Positions 34,843-43,687 of a DNA stretch of 64,000 nt are shown here, in pieces. A program made the translations under genes and the position numbers. The notes beneath the pieces are model-generated. The model had not been told where the DNA came from and searched no databases. It worked only from the letters and a program-made list of their open reading frames with translations. Where the stretch lies: the NCBI GenBank assembly GCA_000091205.1, contig AP006487.2; one strand, written 5' to 3'. This DNA comes from Cyanidioschyzon merolae (lineage: Eukaryota). Position 1 is the stretch's first letter; each line of letters opens with the position of its first letter.

Positions 34843-36429
34843 TTATGGAGACGACATCGTAAAGTTGGCTTTGGCGCCCTGCCCAGAAAACCACGGTCCC
34901 AATGCCTGCTGCAACTCCGACGGAGTCGACAATCGCAGATCAAACTTATCCCAGGTAATCATTTCGTACAGCTGAATATAGCGCCGGCTGAGTTCGGTTA
35001 CGAGCTCGAGCGGTGCTTCTGGGAGCTTCTCGTCCTTGTAGGGATCGCAATGATCGCGGTACCAGAGCCTGAGGATCTCTTTGTCGATATTTTCAGGTTC
35101 TTTGCCGCTGGCGATACGCTCTTCATAGGACGTGGCGAGCCAGTAGCGACTCGAGTCGGGTGTATGGATCTCGTCGATCAAACAAATCTGACCGTCTGCA
35201 TCGCGTCCAAACTCGTACTTTGTATCCACTAGGATCAGGCCGTGCTCCGAGGCAACTTGTTGGCCGTACTCGAAGAGTCGCAACGCGTACGCTGCGCAGG
35301 CGTCAAAGTCGACCGCGCTCATGAGACCGCGGTCGATGATTTCCTGACGAGAGATGAGGGCATCGCCGATGTCCTCCTTGGTTGTTGGGGTCACCAAATT
35401 CATCCAGAGTTTTTGGTTTTTGTGAAGATTGTCGGGGAGCTTAATACCACAGTATTCCCGAACGCCTCGCTCGTAGTTCTTCCACAGGGATGTCGATGTG
35501 GAGCCCGTTGCATATCCTCGGACAACGAACTCAATCGGAAACGGATCACAGCGCTTGGCGATTGTCACATTGGGATGTGGTACAGCGATCAGGTGATTGG
35601 GCACGATGTGTTCGGTGCGGCGGAACCACCACGCCGATACCAAGTTAAGCACTGCACCCTTGAAGGGCACAGCAGCCAGCACTCGGTCGAATGCCGATTG
35701 ACGGTCTGTGGTTACGAGAATCATGTGCTTGGCAGCGTCCGAGTAGAACTGATCTCGAACCTTGCCTTGCTTCTTTCGCCAGGTACCTGCATGCTGCTGG
35801 ACCAGCGCAGACAGCACTCCATCCGTCGAGACCAGCACGTTGTTTTCGCGTGCTGCAGCCTGGATATCCGCAAGGTAGGCGCTGGTCGCGACCTCCGCGT
35901 CATCGACGTACAGCCGATCGCGATTCGCTTTCTGGAACGCCCGAACCCGGTCTCGCACGAGCGGATCGTGAATGCCCAGAATCTTCGCAGCTGTTAGGGC
36001 TGCATTGCCGGGGTCCAGAGAGACCACCGGCGCAATGCCACCCGGCATACGCAGGCTCGAGAAGATGTCAGCACCGCCAAAGGCATCCGACGGCGGCGGA
36101 CAGGCGATCACGGGCGACGCCACCGACCCGTCGAGTAGCCCCGAGAGTGCGTTCGAGCGACCAGCGACCGAGATGTATACTTTGGGTCGAGGATCGGCCT
36201 CGAGTCGACCGACAACCTCCAATAGCCGAGTAGGCACCTTGTGGGCAGAGAGCACGTGCATCTCCGTTGCCAGGCCGAAGCGATGGCAGGCTGCGGCGAT
36301 CTGATCACAGTGTTTTTTGTCGGCCTTGGATCCCATGAGAATCGGCACAAGTGGCGTCAGACGACCCTGTGCGCTATGATCGCCTATCGAATTGTTCCCA
36401 GAAGACGTCACAGGCGCAGTCAAGTCCAT
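34843..36429 (-). CDS. bifunctional purine-biosynthesis enzyme, N-terminal AIR carboxylase (PurE) fused to C-terminal SAICAR synthetase (PurC)
   Basis: The PurE segment reads 'PLVPILMGSKADKKHCDQIAAACHRFG...YISVAGRSNALSGLLDG...PVVSLDPGNAALTAAKILG'. The PurC segment reads 'GKVRDQFYS...ILVTTDRQSAFDRVL...LVDTKYEFGRD...IDEIHTPDSSRYW'. The start was taken at 'MDLTAPV' (ATG at 36429); the 175 codons upstream in the ORF track lack any family similarity. Confidence 0.85.
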   Translation of the reverse strand: MDLTAPVTSSGNNSIGDHSAQGRLTPLVPILMGSKADKKHCDQIAAACHRFGLATEMHVLSAHKVPTRLLEVVGRLEADPRPKVYISVAGRSNALSGLLDGSVASPVIACPPPSDAFGGADIFSSLRMPGGIAPVVSLDPGNAALTAAKILGIHDPLVRDRVRAFQKANRDRLYVDDAEVATSAYLADIQAAARENNVLVSTDGVLSALVQQHAGTWRKKQGKVRDQFYSDAAKHMILVTTDRQSAFDRVLAAVPFKGAVLNLVSAWWFRRTEHIVPNHLIAVPHPNVTIAKRCDPFPIEFVVRGYATGSTSTSLWKNYERGVREYCGIKLPDNLHKNQKLWMNLVTPTTKEDIGDALISRQEIIDRGLMSAVDFDACAAYALRLFEYGQQVASEHGLILVDTKYEFGRDADGQICLIDEIHTPDSSRYWLATSYEERIASGKEPENIDKEILRLWYRDHCDPYKDEKLPEAPLELVTELSRRYIQLYEMITWDKFDLRLSTPSELQQALGPWFSGQGAKANFTMSSP

Positions 36430-36894
36430 CGTAGAGCAATTCAGGGTTCGCAACACTCGCGGAGGCGCGAGTCGTCGGCTTCCTAGTCGTGCTGGAGCAC
36501 CGTTCGCTGTGCGACAGGTGCCTCCAAACTGATTCTTCCCAGATGATACGTGATGAAAGCAAGTGATTGTGTTTGAATGAAACGATGAGAAACGCAGTCC
36601 CAGTGGACTGCTTGTCGACGTTACGAATCCAAACATGGAATAGTGAATTCGAATCAGAGGATGCCTCGAACAAGCACTCGTCGAAAGCGAATCGGACCGT
36701 GAGAACTTCTCAGCACAGCACACAAAGCACAGTTGTTCCGTTCTGTTTCGTATAACGTGCCTCAACACCGAAACACACCCTGGTTCTACGAATAAAACGC
36801 ACAAGCGAGGCAAGCCCTGTACCAGTTTGGCAGGGGAACCGTCGACCCGCGCGGGACGATGCGTGGCGCCGAGGATGGAGGCGGCGGCGACGCC

Positions 36895-37095
36895 CCCCGT
36901 CGGATGCAGAGGGCGCCCATTCACCCGCCCATTCGCCGGCCCATTCCGGCCCATTCACCCGCCCACCCCGCCCATTCGCCCGCCATTCACCGCCTCGACG
37001 GGCGCTTCATGCGTGCTGCCATCGCCGCCTCGACGGGCGCTTCATGCGTGCAGCCATCGCCGCCTCGATCTTTCGCTTCATGCGTGCAGCCATCG
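36895..37095. repeat. short tandem motifs: degenerate (GCCCATTC)n of about 10 units followed by an about 35-bp unit in 2.5 copies ('tcgacgggcgcttcatgcgtgc.gccatcgccgcc')
   Basis: direct reading of 36900-37095. Confidence 0.75.
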
Positions 37096-37379
37096 TTTCC
37101 CGAATGTGCACGGCAGCTCGTTGACACGCTCGTGTACACGCGGGATACCTGATCGAGCGCTCGGTATTCGGTGTGCGGTGAGGCATCCGTCGTTCCACGA
37201 GTTGCTTCCGAGTTCAACTGCCAGCACGTTCCCTCTAAGATACTGGTTATTCATTTGTTCTATTGTGGATCGAATGCGGGCAATGAGCGTCACGGGCTTC
37301 GCTTCTAGCGTCAGAGCGGTCGTCGACTGTGCGTGATGCGGCGCGTGCGCTGAGGGCGCTGGCTGGTACTTGGCCGTGT

Positions 37380-37948
37380 TCAGCATCGCGGATACCGTGC
37401 TGCTGCTGTAGAATGGCGTCTCGTCGATGAACACATATAGGGGGAAAAAGGCTGGTCTTTGGGACGCAATCGATGATTCGCATTGCCGAGTTCAGCGCTA
37501 TCTCAGCATTGCTATGTGATCAAGTCATCGAGGGAAGATCTCGGGTGTTTGCTCTCGTCCATCCAGCAGCGCGAATCGCTGTACCCACAAATCCTCTTCA
37601 ACCTGATTGGTAGAAAACCTGATGCATGCAAAGTCTGCGCATACCCTGTCTGTTTGACACGGAAAAGCATGCAGATTGCTACCCAGGACCTGGACCATGA
37701 AACCGGTTGGTTTACGAATCCTCGTTCGAGGGCGTCGCCATGCATCGGTCTTGCGGTGCCGCAACGATTTCCAGTGGCACAGCGCCCAGAGCGCCACGCC
37801 CAGGAGACAAGCGAGAATCCCAAGAATTCGGACGAATCCGTAAGACCCCATTGCTACACTTCGGTTATCGAAGCTGTACACCTGAACAGCATTCCGATAA
37901 AAATGTCAAGCCAGGACTAGAGCCAGCAGTCCAGTGTCCCATTTTATT
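37380..37948. repeat. dispersed composite repeat, locus R4 (partial module C plus module A)
   Basis: partial module C is about 37380-37465 and module A is 37466-37948. Confidence 0.85.
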
Positions 37949-38600
37949 TGAACATCTGTGTCGGATACGTCGTGTGAGCGCGTTCCTAGTCGCGCGGTCC
38001 AGGGTGCCTGCACACCGTTTTTCATCAATGGGGCGGAACAAACGACGTACCGCAAAAGACCCGGCCAGGTCATGTCCGTCGCAACAACGGAATACTCGCG
38101 TCGACTAATTCCACTGTTGCATGTCGTTCTTCTTAAAGCGCGCTGAGGAAACATCCAGCGTCTTCCAAACGCAGTTTGAGCAGGGATCGCTGATGCCGAT
38201 CCACGGATTCCAGGTGCACAGATCCCGCTCAAATACCCGGAGTTGATGCGCTCCTCCAGGTGATGAGCGTTGTGCCCTGTCGTGATCGCGCGTTGCAGTG
38301 CTGGAGCACCGTGTTCCTTCCGGTGGACGCTTCGCATGACATGATGAGCATAAACAACAACGGGGCCCGTGCAGGTAGATACGGTCAGCCTTGGCTCGGA
38401 AACCTGTGCACCGCTCGCGCTTACCTATGCGTTCACGCTGCTTCATGCGGGAACACAAGCGCCACCGGCACCACGTTCATTTCGTGGCATTCGGATGTCA
38501 TGCTGGAGCAGACGTATGCCCGTGACCACATAGGAAGCGCCCGATCCAAGTCTAAACGGGGCCCCAGCGACAACCTGCAAATCACGGTGCTCCGCCGTAG

Positions 38601-39023
38601 CTACGAGTGCTGTGTAAAGCGCGTTCGACAGCGACAGCACTCATAGAGGATGGTTTGACCCTCATCTGCGCTGCGCATCTGCACAGTCTCGTAATAGAGC
38701 TCCTGACTGTTACATTTGGGACAACACTCGCCCCCGCGAACGACTTGACGCGTTGCTTCCATGGACGGATCCGTGGTCAGTGCAGCGGCGGCGGACCCAG
38801 CGCGCCCGTCCTCACCGGAGACACGCTTCGTATACGCCGCTTGCAGTTCTAAAAGAAGTTGTGTAGGTCGCACAGGGACCTCGTACACGATGGTTTTCTG
38901 AGGCAAGGGCGGCAACGAGCCACAGCCGACACACGGTTTTGGCTCGCCGGCTTCGACTGGCTCCCTGTAGCGTCCGCAGCAGTCGCAGAACTGTGTTTCC
39001 ACCCAGTCCTCAATGGAGGCCAT
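38601..39023 (-). CDS. DNA-directed RNA polymerase small subunit with TFIIS-type zinc ribbon (RPA12/RPB9/RPC11 family)
   Basis: The N-terminal zinc ribbon is 'CDCCGRY...CVGCG'. The C-terminal ribbon 'CPKCNSQELYYETVQMRSADEGQTILYECCRC' carries the invariant 'RSADE' acidic loop. Confidence 0.75.
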   Translation of the reverse strand: MASIEDWVETQFCDCCGRYREPVEAGEPKPCVGCGSLPPLPQKTIVYEVPVRPTQLLLELQAAYTKRVSGEDGRAGSAAAALTTDPSMEATRQVVRGGECCPKCNSQELYYETVQMRSADEGQTILYECCRCRTRFTQHS

Positions 39024-39139
39024 AAGGGCACTCTATGGAGTACGCCTAAAATACCAACCTGTCGTTGCCGCAAGCTCCGGGTTTGTGGTTTCCCGCCACC
39101 AGTTCAACAACTCGCTGCAGCAGTTGCTGGTGGACGTGC

Positions 39140-40800
39140 TAGAGGCACTGACCACGCAGCGGGTCGATGACGTACAACGCGCGTGGTTTTCTGTTTTGGC
39201 AGAACGTTGATCTGGACCATGGATACTAGATCCTGGGATGGATATTGCTGTTCGGGAAAGCGTCCATTAGTCTTCACTCTACCTCCGAATTCCATGACCC
39301 ATACTTCCCCTCGGATGTACTGGTCGTTTCGTACGTTCCATTGTGCACCGAGCGCATGCGATGGGCGTCTACGCTAGCGAATGTACTGCTGGGGCGGATG
39401 CAGCACGGACAGAGAACGGCTTGGCCATGCCATTCAGGCCGTCCACTCGAGGCGCAGTGCCTAGGGCGCGGAGTAGGAACTCATCCTCAACCTGGGAGCC
39501 AGCAAGCTGCGCAGACAGACCTACTGCCCGTGACAGTGCGGAGCGATTTGCTCGGATGATCCGGCGACCGGTGGAATACCTGGATGTAGCCTAATCACGA
39601 CTAGTCCAGGAAGAAAGTGCCTCGCGGGCGAGTTGCTCAGGTCGCAACCCCTGTATCCGCCGCGGGAGGCAGCACGAAGCACTTGCCTGGCACACTCGTC
39701 CGGCTCGTGGGACGCTCCACCTGGAAGGTAAACTTGCAGGAATGTGGAAAATTTTGCCCCCTTTTACCGTTTCTCGTCCAGGGGAAAGAAACTGTTATCG
39801 AGTTGCTCGGTAGTGGGTATTTTCTGTCTTTCGGCACAGTTGCAACGAGTAAGCGGTTACTTTCTGGTCTTAGCACCTCGGATGCCTCGTCGAATCATTG
39901 AAGACCTGTCCTGGACGTCCGGCGATGTCCTCGTACTGGACAACATGGCGTTTCACCGTTGCCCTTAAGTTCGAGCAGCAGCTTCTTATTCCTCCTCCGT
40001 GCACTCGTTTGTTGAACCGTATTGAAGGAGTGTTATCTTTCGGGAAATATCATGATCGCCCGAGTAAGCGAATCGCTGAAACGTTCAGTACACGATGACA
40101 CTAAGGCACATGTCGTCTTTTTTCCGCAAGTCCTTCGTCCTCCGGTAAGGTCCTAACCCAAGCGCATAAACAAGTGCGATCATTCCCAATAATAAAGCAT
40201 CCAAGGGATAAGCCAGAACAGACACTCCAGAAAGTCGAAAATGAGAGAAGCCAGCGGAGCGCTCCGGCGATAGAAACCCACAGAGAGCTGACAGAGCAGT
40301 AAATGGCACAGAAGAAACCAGTCCGAGGAATCTCTGGTTTGGCGAGATCAACCAGAAGTAAAATACATATAGAGTTCGTGAACCGCGACTCCAACGCCGC
40401 CATCAATATCACGAGATGTGCATTCCGAAACGCGACACCTGTGAAGCTCACACGAGCGAACTTTGCGGGACACCCCCCTGAGGATCCAAATGAACACGGA
40501 TAAACTGAAACCGATAACCGTCAACCAGGCAAAAAACGACCGCGATGCATCCGCGCCCCCCGAGTACCCATCTGTAGCCCGTCGACGTGAGACGCGCGCG
40601 ATCCGGACACGTCTCGTGAACGGATCGCGCGCGTGCATGCAGGTGCCGCTGCGCCACTCGCTCGCGGAACACCAACTGCTCCCTCGATCGGCGCTCGCGG
40701 GTGGAACGGCGCAGCGGCGCTGGGGCGCTCACCTGGCGGCCGTCGCACTCGACAGCACGCAGCGCTGCGATGCGTGCCGCATCCGGATCCGTGCGGCGGG
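39140..40800 (+). mobile_element. internally deleted Fanzor/TnpB-like element (copy 2): conserved left module, nuclease C-terminal relic, conserved 3' tail
   Basis: 39140-39730 shares four conserved blocks with 56630-57190. 40130-40503 is homologous at protein level to the C-terminus of the 58116-59706 nuclease. About 200 nt of non-coding homology follow the stop codon. The boundaries are approximate. Confidence 0.5.
40130..40503 (+). pseudogene. Fanzor/TnpB-like nuclease C-terminal fragment (RuvC-III 'NRDSNAAINITRC') with an in-frame stop
   Basis: Frame-1 translation '...LQKVENERSQRSAPAIETHRELTEQ*MAQKKPVRGISGLARSTRSKIHIEFVNRDSNAAINITRCAFRNATPVKLTRANFAGHP' aligns with '...LQRDEMEKCHRRSEDIEKYGPLTEERMERRAKVRGLVAFVSRNRGEKGVECANRDFNAAVYIRRCAVPEKRPEESTRANFVGHP' of copy 1. 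The RuvC-II region is degenerate. Confidence 0.6.
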
Positions 40801-40909
40801 TGAATTGCGCAGCGCGCTGTGTGTGCGCGTCGCCAAACGGCAAACGGGCAGGATCCTGTTTCTAGGAGTGCGGTATCGTCCATGCGCGTCGTGCTTTGAA
40901 AGCAGGCTC

Positions 40910-43687
40910 ATGTCCTACTACGACAGCACTTCAGGACAACATCAAGCGAATATACAAGGAAGGCAGTATCCCTCAGGGGGTTCGACTTTTACGGCGAGGC
41001 CGGCTTCTGGACGCCTTGCCAACTTTAAGACAAACTGGTTATCGTCGGGGAGTGGGCGCTTCCCGTTTTCTTCCGAGAGTCAAAACTCGACAGAAGGCGC
41101 GCAGTCGTCGAACTATCGCGGATATTCCCCTGACCAAACAGGGAGGATGCAGGCGGCGCCGGCGACTGGGTCGCGTTCCTGGTCCGGGCCCGTGAACGGC
41201 GCTGGGGGCAGCGGGGACGGCCTGCGGACTCCAGTTCGCGGCTATGGTAGCTACGGAGGCGCTGCTGCGGGTGCAGGTCCTTTTGGTGCTGCTTACACGA
41301 ATCCGTACGAGTCAACGTCGACGATAGCGTTTACGGGCCAGCCGCAGAGCGAGATGCACCTCATGATCGATGAAGCGACGCGTCCGGACTTGCCGCTTGA
41401 GCCGCCGTACCCGCAGTTTGACCCTATCATCGGACAAGTGCTGACGATGGTGCGTGGCGGAGAAATCACGGCGCGTGCTGTGAAAGACCGTCTGAAAGTG
41501 AAGAACGAGCGCACGCTGCTTCTGACGCTGGCGTTGCTCCAACGACTGATGGAGGAATGTCCAAACTTTTATATGCATATAGCAAACAAGCGTTTCTTTC
41601 GCCGAATGTGGCGGCTAGTTGTTCCCGACTACAAAAACTCTATGCGCGAGCGCTTCTACGCTACGTTCGATAAGGAAGCCCTCCAGCGCAAATACGCCAC
41701 TGGGGAGATCGACAAGCCAATCTACTACCCGGCGGTGGCCATGAAAGTGATGCAGCTGATCGAAGCCTGGGGCGAAGAATTTGAGCGTTTCCGCCCTTAC
41801 GATAGCAAGGGGCAGTTCTTTGTGAAGCGTTGGCGCAACAAGTCGCGCAAATACTCTTTCCCGCCTATGCCCGCACTTGAGGTGCCGGCTGTGTATCGGC
41901 CGGGCACATCAGAGCGTGCCATCGAACTCCGTCGTCAGCGTGAGTCTGGACAGAACCCGACCACGCCTGACTCTTTCTCAGGAAGCAGTCCTAGCACAAT
42001 GAAAGCGCGAGCTTCTGGCGCGGCGGCAGGCTCGGCAGCGCGGAACCCAACTAGACCGCGCTACGAGCTGCGGGATATCAGTGAAGCCGCTGATCTTGCC
42101 GCTGCGCTCATGGACTCCGCACCGGACGCCGGTACCGTCGCCAATGATGAGGACATAGCATCGCTGATCACGACCTGCAAGGCAATGCTTCGAGAGATGG
42201 AAAACATGGTGGCAAGCATGGATTCGGAAAAGAGTGTGGTAGAGGCGATTGCTGTGAATGAAAAATTGCTCCTGGTCATCAACCGGTTCGAAGATATTTG
42301 CTTGATGGATCCGAAAACAGTCCTGAATCGAGAAGCGGCTCGAGAGGCTTCCCGTACGAACAAGAAGCCAGCAACAGTGGATGCCGCAACCGAGGCCACG
42401 GATGTGGGCGCCATGCAGTCGCGCACTGGAGGTAAGCGCAAGACGGCTGGGTCGAGCGACGAGGAAGATTCGGACGGCTCCAGTGAGAGTGAAGACGCAG
42501 CAGGCGACGACGACGGCGTCGAGGATGATGAGCGCGTTCCAGCAAGCAACTCGAGTGGAGCGGGCCGGCGTGCGCGCGGCACAGGCGGCGCAGCAGCAGC
42601 AGCAGCAGCAGCGACGGCAACGGCGGCGGCGGCGGCGGAATCGAGCAGGTTTACAAAATCCAGCGCAGCGACAAAGGAGGACACACTGCTCTGGCTGAAT
42701 TCAGACGACGAGGATGACGAGGACGAGGCATTTGAGAAAGAGCGCTCGAGTGCGATTTCCGGACAGGGACGCGGCAGCGGAGCCTCTAGCTCCAGGAAGC
42801 ACAAACAGCCGGCGTTGCAGCCGCAACCAGTGCACAGCAGTCAAGCGAGCCGTACCCGAGCCGACACGGCGGCTACAGCGGCAGCGCAGCCGCCAGCGTA
42901 CTACATCGAGTCACCGCCCAGTACACAGTACGGATCTTACGCTTCGGCATCTTCCGCTGCGCAGAATGCCTACGGTGTGCCGCCCGGCTATCCGTACATG
43001 CACCCGGCGTATTACAACCAGGGGTATCCATACGCTGGTGCTGCCTGGAACCCGTACGGCTATCCGTATGCGGCGGCTTATGGGTACGGAGGCGCGGCGC
43101 CCCAGATGGGCAACGTTCCCAGTGGCCAAGCGCCACCCGGTGCGTCCATGATGTATGGCATGCCGTACGGCGCCTATCCTGGTGGAAATGCGTATGCGAT
43201 GTACGCGGCGGGAGATGCCGCGAACATGCCCGGAACCGCTTCAACGTCAGCGGCTCGGAACCCCTTTGAGTCCGATGGTGGCAATGAAGACGCGCAACAG
43301 GCTGCCGGGGCGTGGTCGAACGAAACCACGCGTCTGCCAGCAGTGGGTCACACGGCGCTGTTGTCGCTGACGGCGGCGGAGCCGTCAGCGTCGCATTCGG
43401 CCGACATGCCGGTACCGGCTGCAGCGGCTGCGGTGCCGCCACCAGTTGTGACGAGCCGTGGTGCGCTTGCTTTACAATCGCAATCGCGCACGTCACCGCG
43501 CGATTCGGGGCTGTTTGACGAGTTGTGGCAGGAAAAGGTATCGAGAACGGAGCAGGAATCGACGGCTCGAGCAGAGACACAAACCGGAGACGCGTCAGCA
43601 GCCCCGGATGGGCAGGGAGGCGTTGGTGCGAGCGCCACTGCGATCGCGCTGGACGGCAAAGTAAGTGAGAAAAATCCGTTTGAATGA
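40910..43687 (+). CDS. VHS-GAT domain adaptor (TOM1/GGA-like) with long low-complexity Y/G/P/A-rich C-terminal tail and NPF motifs
   Basis: The VHS-like region reads 'IIGQVLTMVRGGEITARAVKDRLKVKNERTLLLTLALLQRLMEECPNFYMHIANKRFF'. A GAT-like helical segment reads 'IASLITTCKAMLREMENMVASMD...NEKLLLVINRFEDI'. The tail contains 'YGYPYAAAYGYGG' and 'NPFE' occurs twice. The ATG at 40910 was verified; the ORF track begins at 40463, inside the element tail. Confidence 0.7.
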   Translation: MSYYDSTSGQHQANIQGRQYPSGGSTFTARPASGRLANFKTNWLSSGSGRFPFSSESQNSTEGAQSSNYRGYSPDQTGRMQAAPATGSRSWSGPVNGAGGSGDGLRTPVRGYGSYGGAAAGAGPFGAAYTNPYESTSTIAFTGQPQSEMHLMIDEATRPDLPLEPPYPQFDPIIGQVLTMVRGGEITARAVKDRLKVKNERTLLLTLALLQRLMEECPNFYMHIANKRFFRRMWRLVVPDYKNSMRERFYATFDKEALQRKYATGEIDKPIYYPAVAMKVMQLIEAWGEEFERFRPYDSKGQFFVKRWRNKSRKYSFPPMPALEVPAVYRPGTSERAIELRRQRESGQNPTTPDSFSGSSPSTMKARASGAAAGSAARNPTRPRYELRDISEAADLAAALMDSAPDAGTVANDEDIASLITTCKAMLREMENMVASMDSEKSVVEAIAVNEKLLLVINRFEDICLMDPKTVLNREAAREASRTNKKPATVDAATEATDVGAMQSRTGGKRKTAGSSDEEDSDGSSESEDAAGDDDGVEDDERVPASNSSGAGRRARGTGGAAAAAAAATATAAAAAESSRFTKSSAATKEDTLLWLNSDDEDDEDEAFEKERSSAISGQGRGSGASSSRKHKQPALQPQPVHSSQASRTRADTAATAAAQPPAYYIESPPSTQYGSYASASSAAQNAYGVPPGYPYMHPAYYNQGYPYAGAAWNPYGYPYAAAYGYGGAAPQMGNVPSGQAPPGASMMYGMPYGAYPGGNAYAMYAAGDAANMPGTASTSAARNPFESDGGNEDAQQAAGAWSNETTRLPAVGHTALLSLTAAEPSASHSADMPVPAAAAAVPPPVVTSRGALALQSQSRTSPRDSGLFDELWQEKVSRTEQESTARAETQTGDASAAPDGQGGVGASATAIALDGKVSEKNPFE

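Noticed and set aside
36430-36954. 175-codon N-terminal extension of the PurE-PurC ORF
   Set aside because: No similarity to any purine-biosynthesis sequence, and the composition is low-complexity and Cys/Ser-rich. The PurE homology begins right after the Met of 'MDLTAPV', the internal Met at 36429.
39285-39360. Block 1 of the conserved module as a U1 snRNA 5' end, because of 'ATACTTCC...' resembling 'ATACTTACCTG'
   Set aside because: The 5'-splice-site-pairing sequence would be ACUUCC, not ACUUAC, whereas this genome's visible donor is GTAAGT. Downstream sequence shows no Sm site or U1 stem-loop pattern.
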